DNA from: a virus
Taxonomy: Duplodnaviria; Caudoviricetes
Length of the DNA: 64,000 nucleotides
Strand: one strand, 5' to 3'
Virus record (IMG/VR): IMGVR_UViG_3300025944_000010
Location: 3,069-67,068 of that record
In this document: one piece after another, positions 28,338 to 36,079 of the stretch
Layout: each line of letters starts with the position of its first letter
Position numbering within the stretch: the first letter of the stretch is position 1
The notes under the pieces: model-generated
Seen by the model: the letters and a program-made list of their open reading frames with translations, nothing else
Told to the model about the DNA's origin: nothing
Databases searched by the model: none
Program-made: the position numbers and the translations under genes

Positions 28338-29885
28338 TTGTCATCGTCAGGCCCATTATTCCCTTCTGCTGCTACCGGGAGTACCAATACCATAGGCGGT
28401 GGTACTTCTGCTGCATGGTCTAATCCAAATAATATATTTGCGAATGATGGAAACTACACTACTGTACTTCCGGGTACTGCGGTCACTCAGGACTTGCGCG
28501 GAGGATCATTCGGATTTTCAATTCCCGCCACAGCGATAATTGATGGAATACTTCTGGAAGTAAATGCTCTTACTCCTGCCACTACAAATGTTGAAGGATT
28601 TAGCTTTGTAGCCTTGGAAGGTGGAGGGGGAGCATCGGCCAATCGTGCGTCGGGTGCTACGTTAACTCCTTCTGCTACTACATTTAGCTTTGGTGGATCA
28701 TCTGACAAATGGGGAACCACTTGGACGCCAGCGCAGATTAACTCAGGTGGATTTGTGGCCAATGTCTCATTTCAAAGTACAGGCGGTGGGCCGGGAACAA
28801 TTGAAGTTGATTTCTTCAGGGTAACAGTTTTCTATCACAACGTATTCAATAACACCATTGGATTTGTTGCTACAGCTTCGGTAAGCGAAACTCCGTCCAA
28901 CAAAATGAATGCGACTACCGCATTCTCTGCTACTACCGGACTATCTGAATTAGCCACCTTATTAGTTAATTCCACGATGTCATTCTCAAACACTACGGGG
29001 ATGTCGGATATAGGAATAAATATTCCCATTGCTCCTACTCTGGGATTTCCAGCCACTGCGGGAATGACATTGACGGCAGCTAACGTCATGTCTGCCCGAT
29101 TGCCGCTTAGTTCTACTGCTGGAATGGCAGATACCGGAATAAATTCAGCTTCAAGAGGAATAGCGTTTAGTTCACAGGCGTATGTATTTATTAATGCCAC
29201 GGTAGGCGGCAGACCATCTGCAAGCACGGATGACTACACAAGTTTAGTAACCAGTGAGCACAACAAGCGGCCAAACTTCATGGCCATGATTCAACAAGAC
29301 GTACAGGCGTATGTCGATAATATCAACCTGCTAAGAAACTTCAGCAACTTGTTCGACATAGATCAAGCTGTAGGACAGCAGCTAGACATGATTGGCGTCT
29401 GGGTAGGAATCAGCCGGAATATTGCTGTACCGCTAACGGGCGTTTACTTCGCATTCAATACAGCACTGGTAGGGTTTAATCAGGGAGCATGGCTAGGGAT
29501 AGGCAATGCAACATCGGGATTGACGGTACTTGGCGACTTAGATTATTTACTGCTGCTCAAGGCCAAAATCGCCGCTAACCATTGGGACGGAACCATACCG
29601 GGAGCCTACAAGATTTGGGGGATAGTATTCGCTAATCAACCCTTCACTCTGATGATTCAGGATGGGCAGGATATGACCATGGCGATTATCGTTGTAGGCA
29701 CAATCAATACGGCGGTAACTTTGTCCCTGATAATCAATGGCTACATTACGTTACGACCAGCGGGAGTTTTGATTACCGGATACTATCAAAACACGGTGCC
29801 CAATTTTCCTGTATTCGGATTCGGCCCTGAGAGTGCTACACTAGCAGGGTTTAATGATGGTGCATGGGTTAAAAAGATTGGATAG
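28338..29885 (+). CDS. DUF2612 baseplate protein with ~290-aa N-terminal extension
   Basis: C-terminal Y..L.TSEH..RPNF, FDID.AVG.QLD.IG.WVG..R, LL.AKI..NHWDG, IQD.QDMTM. Confidence 0.85.
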   Translation: MSSSGPLFPSAATGSTNTIGGGTSAAWSNPNNIFANDGNYTTVLPGTAVTQDLRGGSFGFSIPATAIIDGILLEVNALTPATTNVEGFSFVALEGGGGASANRASGATLTPSATTFSFGGSSDKWGTTWTPAQINSGGFVANVSFQSTGGGPGTIEVDFFRVTVFYHNVFNNTIGFVATASVSETPSNKMNATTAFSATTGLSELATLLVNSTMSFSNTTGMSDIGINIPIAPTLGFPATAGMTLTAANVMSARLPLSSTAGMADTGINSASRGIAFSSQAYVFINATVGGRPSASTDDYTSLVTSEHNKRPNFMAMIQQDVQAYVDNINLLRNFSNLFDIDQAVGQQLDMIGVWVGISRNIAVPLTGVYFAFNTALVGFNQGAWLGIGNATSGLTVLGDLDYLLLLKAKIAANHWDGTIPGAYKIWGIVFANQPFTLMIQDGQDMTMAIIVVGTINTAVTLSLIINGYITLRPAGVLITGYYQNTVPNFPVFGFGPESATLAGFNDGAWVKKIG

Positions 29886-29918
29886 TCTCACGGTAAGACT
29901 ATTTGGAGATAACCAGTA

Positions 29919-30506
29919 ATGGCTAATACGAATGATTTTATTTGGTTCGGTACGGGATCAGGGGCAAACGTAGATACACAAGCAGTTTACGCTGCTGCCC
30001 TAGCCGCGCTAGGTTATCCATCGGTAGGCTTCAACACAGGAACGGCATTTGCCAATCAGTTGAACAAAGTCTGGCGACAGGGTACGGCAGCATCGAAGGT
30101 TCTAGGTGACCTAGCCAATCAATATGGATTCGATTGGCTGGACAATGGCAATGCGGCAACGCTTCTGGCCAATCTGATTTCAGCAATCAAGGCTGTATCT
30201 GGACAGTTGTCGCAGGTAGTAGCATTCTCCGCGACTCCGGTATTCGATTGTTCCAAGGGGCAAAAGTTTGAAATTACTCTTACCGGAAACGTAACCAGTT
30301 CCACGATTACAAACGTATTGCCGGGAATGAGTCTGGTATTCACGATTAAGCAGGATGGAACTGGCAGCAGGACGTTTTCACCACCTGCCGGAGTCCCGCT
30401 GGATACGATTGATCCAACGGCGAACTCTGCCAGTGTCCAGACATTTGAAGTTAGTTCGACAAGTGTAATCAGGTACTCAAGCCCGATGATGAGCAATCCG
30501 GCATAA
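29919..30506 (+). CDS. Short tail-fibre base (anchor domain + adaptor module only)
   Basis: NDF..FG.G.GANV.TQ..Y, GF..G.A...QLNKVWRQ anchor, followed by the ITLTGNVTSSTIT module from 30219. Confidence 0.75.
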   Translation: MANTNDFIWFGTGSGANVDTQAVYAAALAALGYPSVGFNTGTAFANQLNKVWRQGTAASKVLGDLANQYGFDWLDNGNAATLLANLISAIKAVSGQLSQVVAFSATPVFDCSKGQKFEITLTGNVTSSTITNVLPGMSLVFTIKQDGTGSRTFSPPAGVPLDTIDPTANSASVQTFEVSSTSVIRYSSPMMSNPA

Positions 30507-30514
30507 GGATAAAA

Positions 30515-30979
30515 ATGAAAACGGCATTCAAGGTATTATTTTTTCTTTTCGTTACTGTAATGGCGATGTATGGATTCGCCAAGTTTACAGGTGCGAACAT
30601 CGTCAATTCGACAATCAATAGCACAGCCATTGGGGGAACGACTCCAAGCACTGCCATTTTTACAACCGTTGCGGCCAATACAAGTACACAGATGAATGGA
30701 AGCGTCTTGGCATCGGGGACGGCATTTAAACATATAAGGACTACATCATGCACTACGGCGGCATCTCTCAATAATGTGTGCTCTACAACAGTAACTTGGC
30801 AAACACCAGCATTTCCAGATGCCAACTATACAGTTGTTTGCGTGAGCGAAAATTCTGCTGCTTTTGTTGCTGGAGTAGGCTCACATACTGCTACAAACTT
30901 TAATGTCAATATACAAAACGCCCCACCGTCAACTGTGGCTACTTCTGTAACGCTGGACTGTATTGGCGTACACGATTAA
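30515..30979 (+). CDS. Signal-peptide-bearing small fibre-tip / H-lectin-like protein
   Basis: MKTAFKVLFFLFVTVMAMYGFA; TVTWQTPAFPDANYTVVC...CIGVHD. Confidence 0.65.
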   Translation: MKTAFKVLFFLFVTVMAMYGFAKFTGANIVNSTINSTAIGGTTPSTAIFTTVAANTSTQMNGSVLASGTAFKHIRTTSCTTAASLNNVCSTTVTWQTPAFPDANYTVVCVSENSAAFVAGVGSHTATNFNVNIQNAPPSTVATSVTLDCIGVHD

Positions 30980-31000
30980 ATATCCATCTCGTTCTCCCTG

Positions 31001-31030
31001 AATCCCTACGCCAAAAACGTAGGGATTTTT
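31001..31030 (+). terminator. Intrinsic terminator ending the tail module
   Basis: AATCCCTACG-ccaaaaa-CGTAGGGATT followed by T-run. Confidence 0.85.
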
Positions 31031-31044
31031 ACTGTAAATAACAC

Positions 31045-31073
31045 TTGACAGAAGTTATCAAAATAAATACAGT
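31045..31073 (+). promoter_or_regulatory. sigma70 promoter with embedded operator
   Basis: TTGACA-17-TACAGT; spacer contains GTTATCAAAATAAA (31054-31067). Confidence 0.75.
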
Positions 31074-31111
31074 ATTGAGGAATCAAGAAAGTAATAAGAA
31101 AATTCTTATTT

Positions 31112-31990
31112 ATGTCACCTATCGGGCATAAATATCAGGGAGAAAAAGTTATGATTAATCCTGTCGTAAAATTCCTCACAAACAGGACAACCAAAAACAT
31201 GTTTAAAGTACTGTCCGTGGTACTTATTTGCATTGCTGCAATTGCGTGTGGCGGAAGCTCACTCCCGCGTCTACCGCAAGATGGCGGCACCCCAACCGCA
31301 AGCCCTTCACCAACCCCTACGCCAGCTCCAACGCTGACGGCCAATCAGGTATTTACAAACGTATCGCAAACATGGGTATTCACTAGCCAATGTCAGAACC
31401 TAAATTCTGACGGCACTCGCGGCCCTGTGGTTACAGCGCATACGTATGTTGAAGTGATGCCAGTTGATTCGACTCATACAACTTGGCATTACACGAAAGA
31501 TCAGCCGTGCGCGTACTGGATGCCGGATGGAATATCGGCAGAGTTGTACTTTTATCTTGAGCAAGATTCTACGGGAGCATGGTATTCGACAGGTGGGCAT
31601 ATCATTGCGCCATACGGGTATCCGTGGGATTCAACCCATACGCCTCAAGACTTCACGTACACGCTTGCGATTGATCCGACAAGGCCACGACCGTACCTGA
31701 TTATTCCGGCTCAGTCAGGCTCTAGTGTCATTGTGATGAAAACTACTTTTGCCGATACGCAAGGGCCAAATACGCCTTGGGAAACAGATTCCCTTACCGC
31801 ATCTATAAGCACTTCGGTTTATACCGGATGGTCAATGGAGTCGCATCAGATAGAGGGCGACTGCAATCCAAGCTGTGCCGATGAAGCATGGTTCTTTGCT
31901 GCAAATGGAACGGGGATGGTTCAAGTGACCGTGTACAACACAGGGTCAGGTCTATTGCCTGTCCCGATTGTTCTAAAGCGCATACAATAA
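31112..31990 (+). CDS. Putative lipoprotein (moron; start may be 31151 or 31199)
   Basis: FKVLSVVLICIAAIA|CGGSS lipobox, Pro/Thr linker, own promoter. Confidence 0.7.
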   Translation: MSPIGHKYQGEKVMINPVVKFLTNRTTKNMFKVLSVVLICIAAIACGGSSLPRLPQDGGTPTASPSPTPTPAPTLTANQVFTNVSQTWVFTSQCQNLNSDGTRGPVVTAHTYVEVMPVDSTHTTWHYTKDQPCAYWMPDGISAELYFYLEQDSTGAWYSTGGHIIAPYGYPWDSTHTPQDFTYTLAIDPTRPRPYLIIPAQSGSSVIVMKTTFADTQGPNTPWETDSLTASISTSVYTGWSMESHQIEGDCNPSCADEAWFFAANGTGMVQVTVYNTGSGLLPVPIVLKRIQ

Positions 31991-32157
31991 CTATATGGCT
32001 CTCTTTGATTGAAAATGGTATGATAACCATACTTCAGAGAGAGCCTTAAAAATTTAAGTTGCTGATTGCGCTATCCGTCAAGTAATCTAATCCCAATGTA
32101 ATAACTGGCCGTAGTAGTAGGGAGACGGTAATACCCAAGCAACTGAAAGGCAGGGCA

Positions 32158-32493
32158 ATGTGGCATGAGGTTTGGGATGCTATCAGGTCTAACGCTGATA
32201 AGATATTCGACAATGCTCTGGGTCTACTTAGGGATACGTTTCTTCTTGTGCTTGGGGTTCACTATCGGAATCATGTACTTCGGCGCAAAGCTGAAGCAGA
32301 AGAGCTTGCCAGTAAGCAATCAGCCCACGAAGAGCAGATTCGTCAGTTTAGGGATTGGATGGAGTCCGAGAAAAGAAGAACGCCGCAAGGGGATGATAGC
32401 GGAGCGCAGACAGGACAGGAGAACGGAATGGATAGCCACTCTGACGCTTATTCTAGGCATCATTCTAGGACACGTGGGAAGCAGAACGATTGA
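32158..32493 (+). CDS. Hypothetical protein
   Basis: SD-like GGCAGGG; hydrophobic segment plus coiled coil; overlaps next ORF. Confidence 0.5.
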   Translation: MWHEVWDAIRSNADKIFDNALGLLRDTFLLVLGVHYRNHVLRRKAEAEELASKQSAHEEQIRQFRDWMESEKRRTPQGDDSGAQTGQENGMDSHSDAYSRHHSRTRGKQND

Positions 32494-32773
32494 CAAGTAT
32501 TTTCCTTCCACTCTTGAAGAAGTTTTAATTACCTCAGTTCATGCCGATGGCAGTTATGTAGTTCTGGATAAATACAAAAGAAAATTTGATGTCAAATGGT
32601 GCAGTGGGCCGGATGATCTTGCACCCGGAAACAAATTGCACAAGGTTTACTATCGCCAAGAAAATGGCTGTAAAAGAATCCGTGGGATGTATCTGGGATA
32701 CTCCGTTTACACTCACAAGGATGGCACGAGAATCACATTCCCAATACCTGAGGAAATAGCCTATGCCAGATGA
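32393..32773 (+). CDS. Membrane-anchored protein
   Basis: WIATLTLILGIILGHVG TM segment; small Cys-containing domain. Confidence 0.55.
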   Translation: MIAERRQDRRTEWIATLTLILGIILGHVGSRTIDKYFPSTLEEVLITSVHADGSYVVLDKYKRKFDVKWCSGPDDLAPGNKLHKVYYRQENGCKRIRGMYLGYSVYTHKDGTRITFPIPEEIAYAR

Positions 32774-32915
32774 TCCAATTCCGCCTGTACCGCCTTCCGG
32801 ATGGAAGCCGGGTGATCCTAACCCGAATCCCAATCCACCTAAACCGCCAAGCAAGCCAGCGCACGACGAAGGCGTTACGCATGAATCGCCAGTGCCCAAT
32901 CCACCCAAGCCATAA
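32763..32915 (+). CDS. 50-aa proline-rich peptide
   Basis: Not in the ORF track: MPDDPIPPVPPSGWKPGDPNPNPNPPKPPSKPAHDEGVTHESPVPNPPKP, with SD GAGG upstream. Confidence 0.55.
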   Translation: MPDDPIPPVPPSGWKPGDPNPNPNPPKPPSKPAHDEGVTHESPVPNPPKP

Positions 32916-32942
32916 AGTCTTACGGTAAGACATTTTGAGATG

Positions 32943-32974
32943 AGGGCGAGATTAAGGTCTCGCCCTTGTTTTTT
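32943..32974 (+). terminator. Terminator-like hairpin directly before the endolysin RBS
   Basis: AGGGCGAGA-ttaagg-TCTCGCCCT followed by TGTTTTTT. Confidence 0.7.
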
Positions 32975-32983
32975 AAGGACAAC

Positions 32984-33394
32984 ATGGATATCATTGCGCA
33001 ACTGAAAAGAGATGAAGGCTACAATCCGAAACCATACAAAGATTCGCTTGGCAAATTGACTATCGGTTACGGAACGCTGATTGAAGATGGACTCGACCAA
33101 GAGGAATGCGAATGGTTGCTGAGACATCGGTATGAGGTCAGAGCCAAGATGCCAGTTGCTCAACAGTTGCCATGGACGCATGGGTTAGACGATGCACGTT
33201 TGGGTGCGATTGAAAATCTTGCGTACAACATGGGGATTTACGGACTGCTTTCGTTCAAGAACATGCTGGCCTGTTTACAGAGCGGGGACAACGCTGGAGC
33301 ATCAAGGCATCTCTTGGACAGTAAGTATGCGGCGCAAGTCGGGCCACGCGCTCACAGATTGGCTCTACAGCTTGAAACTGGACAGTGGCAATAG
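32984..33394 (+). CDS. Endolysin (T4-like/GH24 lysozyme)
   Basis: IIAQLKRDEG....Y.DSLG..TIGYG motif; LL.SKYA.QVG.RA.RL.. Confidence 0.9.
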   Translation: MDIIAQLKRDEGYNPKPYKDSLGKLTIGYGTLIEDGLDQEECEWLLRHRYEVRAKMPVAQQLPWTHGLDDARLGAIENLAYNMGIYGLLSFKNMLACLQSGDNAGASRHLLDSKYAAQVGPRAHRLALQLETGQWQ

Positions 33395-33509
33395 TCCACA
33401 AACACCCCTGTATTGCTCCAAAAAAGCCCTTTCCTGCCCCTCATTCGGACATCCCTACCCCTAGCCTACCCCTGTAAATCCAAGAGCTTAAATTAAGTAA
33501 AAATAAATC

Positions 33510-33538
33510 TTGACAAGGTTATCAAAATAACTTAGGAT
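33510..33538 (+). promoter_or_regulatory. sigma70 promoter with embedded operator
   Basis: TTGACA-17-TAGGAT; GTTAT-CAAA-ATAAC at 33518-33531. Confidence 0.8.
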
Positions 33539-33578
33539 ACAGACATTGCAGCAATCAACTGCAAAAGAGGAGATCAAA

Positions 33579-33836
33579 ATGGAAAATAAAAATCAGGTTC
33601 CAAAAATTACAATCGACGGAAACACCGCTAGCTCCAATGCGATGCTGGATAACGTTACGGCTGACACTTGTGCTTGCTGGGATAGCAAGGAATTCGAGAA
33701 AGCCAAGAAGTTGCTCAAGAATGGTTCAGTAGTCGAATGTGAAGATGCGACGGCCTATGTAGCGTTAAAATCTCTCGCTCTAGAAATGCTCATGCATGGG
33801 AGAAAAGTAAAAGCCAAGATCATCAAGAATTGGTAG
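33579..33836 (+). CDS. Early hypothetical protein
   Basis: SD AGAGGAG; behind promoter 33510. Confidence 0.7.
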   Translation: MENKNQVPKITIDGNTASSNAMLDNVTADTCACWDSKEFEKAKKLLKNGSVVECEDATAYVALKSLALEMLMHGRKVKAKIIKNW

Positions 33837-33931
33837 TTTAATGTCGGCATGTATTACCAGATGGACTGAAAAAGTCTTACTGTAAGACAGCGCGTGACCG
33901 GGGGCTCGTCCCCCAGATAAGAGGAGATTTT

Positions 33932-34102
33932 ATGAAATGCAGGGTTTGTAAGGCGAAACTCATCGGAAACGAGAAGAAGGGCGACAGGTGCAACAAGTGC
34001 ATCGATGCCGCAATCGCTGAAACTGAAAAATCGCATTGTCCCAATAATTGCGATTGTCATTTTACTGAACGGCTAGCACGGTCTTACGCGGCTGAGTTTT
34101 AA
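33932..34102 (+). CDS. Small Cys-rich protein
   Basis: MKCRVC...CNKC...CPNNCDC; SD GAGGAG. Confidence 0.6.
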   Translation: MKCRVCKAKLIGNEKKGDRCNKCIDAAIAETEKSHCPNNCDCHFTERLARSYAAEF

Positions 34103-34135
34103 AAGGGCGTCCCCCAGATAAGAGAAAAGAACAAA

Positions 34136-34300
34136 ATGGGCGTAGGCGTGAAATCCGAAGGCGAATACAGGCAGGATCGTTGCTTGCACGTTTTGGAGCA
34201 GCTCGATCCGAAGAAGGAAGATGGTTTCAAGTATCGCTGCATAAAGTGCGACAAGTACATGAAGCGCAAAAATGGAGTCGTGAAACCATGCCCGAAATAA
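34136..34300 (+). CDS. Small Cys-rich protein
   Basis: C.H...CIKC...PCPK; stop overlaps next ATG. Confidence 0.5.
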   Translation: MGVGVKSEGEYRQDRCLHVLEQLDPKKEDGFKYRCIKCDKYMKRKNGVVKPCPK

Positions 34301-34476
34301 TGTCCAAGAATGACTGCTGGTATTGCGGCAAGCCGAAGCGTGGGTTTTATCTTCTAAGCGACATTTACTGTGAAGTGTGCGACACCTGCATCGCTTTTCA
34401 GAATGTTCCGTGGCGCGTGATGGGTTCCATCTCAGGGGGACGCATAGAGGGGAAAACAATTCAAAATAACTGTTGA
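34300..34476 (+). CDS. Small Cys-rich protein
   Basis: MSKNDCWYCG...CEVCDTC. Confidence 0.5.
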   Translation: MSKNDCWYCGKPKRGFYLLSDIYCEVCDTCIAFQNVPWRVMGSISGGRIEGKTIQNNC

Positions 34477-34501
34477 CAAAGGTTATCAAAACAATTAAGC
34501 T
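34473..34501 (+). promoter_or_regulatory. sigma70 promoter with embedded operator, driving the ParB-like gene
   Basis: TTGACA-17-TAAGCT; GTTATCAAAACAAT at 34482-34495. Confidence 0.8.
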
Positions 34502-34540
34502 ACACATATCGCCAATCAAGCGATAGAGGAGATAAACAAA

Positions 34541-35374
34541 ATGGAATCGACAAAAGAAGTTACTCGCCTACGTGATTTGAGACTCAGCGCAAGAGATCAA
34601 TTCATTCTTGATCCCAAAACAATTTCAATCGAAGATGGTCACAACCCAAGATCGTATAACCTTGCGGAAAACCAGCAGCATTTGAATGATTTGAAAGCCA
34701 GCATCCGTGAAAACGGAGTGCGAGTACCGATACTTGTCCGGTACGAACCTGCCACAAAGAGAGCCGTTTTAGTTGACGGAGAATGCCGTCTCAGGGCCAC
34801 ATTGGAACTGATTGCCGAAGGGGTCGAGATCGTAGGCATTCCGGCAATCCAATCAGACGGCAGCAATCCGGCAGAAAGACTTTTGACGGCCATCGTTTGC
34901 AATACCGGCAAGCCTCTCAGTAAGTGGGAATCGGGGACTGCATTCGTTCGGCTGCGTCGGTTCGGCTGGGATGATATTTCCATCGCCAAGCGTACAGGAA
35001 ATTCTCTGCGGTTTGTGACGGAAGCAATCGAGCTTTCGGATGCACCGGATGAAGTCAAGAAAATGATGAGCGAGAAAACCGTGACTCCTGCTCTGGCATT
35101 AAGCGAAGTCAGAAAGAATGGAGCGGGAGCGGTTGAAAAGTTGAAGGCGAAGGCCGAAGCTGCGCAGAAGAAAGGCGACAAGACAGCCAAGCGCGAACAG
35201 CCTAACCGGATACCGAATCCCAAACAGATGTTGGGCCTTGTGGCGAAGCTAGTAGGAAGCGTACAGGATGACATCTTTAATGATGAGTTCAAGTTTGTGG
35301 AAGTGGACAGGTTGACGATGGTAAAACTTGCCGGCCTTGTGGGAGTCACGGCGGATGGAAGGGAGAAAAAGTAA
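34541..35374 (+). CDS. parB: ParB/Spo0J-like protein (ParB N-terminal domain + HTH)
   Basis: GHNPR, ASIRENGV.VPILVR, LVDGECRLRA (GxxRxxA CTPase motif), HTH-like WDDISIAKRTGNSLRFVTEAIEL. Confidence 0.82.
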   Translation: MESTKEVTRLRDLRLSARDQFILDPKTISIEDGHNPRSYNLAENQQHLNDLKASIRENGVRVPILVRYEPATKRAVLVDGECRLRATLELIAEGVEIVGIPAIQSDGSNPAERLLTAIVCNTGKPLSKWESGTAFVRLRRFGWDDISIAKRTGNSLRFVTEAIELSDAPDEVKKMMSEKTVTPALALSEVRKNGAGAVEKLKAKAEAAQKKGDKTAKREQPNRIPNPKQMLGLVAKLVGSVQDDIFNDEFKFVEVDRLTMVKLAGLVGVTADGREKK

Positions 35375-35578
35375 ATGCCAAAGGTTCATGGAACGAGAAA
35401 ACAGAAAGCCAACGAATTACTGCGTATGGTTACTAATGGGCCTAGTTTCTCTCTCGGTTTTCTGCACCAGAGTACCGAGAGGGATAAATATCTAAAGTTG
35501 GCCGAAAAGGATTATCGTCTATGGGCTAACAGTTGGATCATTCCCAAATTGAAAGAATTATTTTCAGAACTTAAGTAA
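35375..35578 (+). CDS. Hypothetical protein
   Basis: Abuts the ParB-like gene. Confidence 0.6.
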   Translation: MPKVHGTRKQKANELLRMVTNGPSFSLGFLHQSTERDKYLKLAEKDYRLWANSWIIPKLKELFSELK

Positions 35579-35718
35579 GCGTGATTGATCTTTCATCCGA
35601 GTGTAAAGCCAGCGGGAAACCGCACCCCCGCTATCTCCCGCACTCTGAAAGCGTGGAGGCTGATAACCTTCCGGGCCAGTACGCAAGCTGGCCACAAATT
35701 TAAATCAGGTGAGAAAAA

Positions 35719-36045
35719 ATGTTTAATCCAGTTGTAGCAATGCTTCACAATGAGAAGTTAAACAAGTGGCATCCGATTTGGTTTGAGGAATCACCATTGC
35801 CGGGGTCATATTCTGAAGATAAGCCAGTGCGCCATAAAAGCAAGGGCCATCACACGCAAGGATTTGATACGCGGGAATCTGCCTTGATTGCGGCAAAGGA
35901 ATTATCCAGCGCATTGAAAGAGCAAGCAATCGGGCCTATATCTCTCGCACTGGAGAAAGATTTTCAATGGGATGGAGATGGCATTCCAGCGATGGTCGTT
36001 TTCTTTGCTATCGAAAACGAAACAGCAGTACCAATGATTGCCTGA
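35719..36045 (+). CDS. Hypothetical protein
   Basis: SD AGGTGAG; ends before palindrome 36050. Confidence 0.65.
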   Translation: MFNPVVAMLHNEKLNKWHPIWFEESPLPGSYSEDKPVRHKSKGHHTQGFDTRESALIAAKELSSALKEQAIGPISLALEKDFQWDGDGIPAMVVFFAIENETAVPMIA

Positions 36046-36079
36046 AAAAGTCTTACCGTCATACAAAAAGGAAACCACG

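Noticed and set aside
35640-35680. Hammerhead ribozyme (GAAA and CTGATAA present)
   Set aside because: The core would need CUGANGA and three stems in the right order; neither fits.
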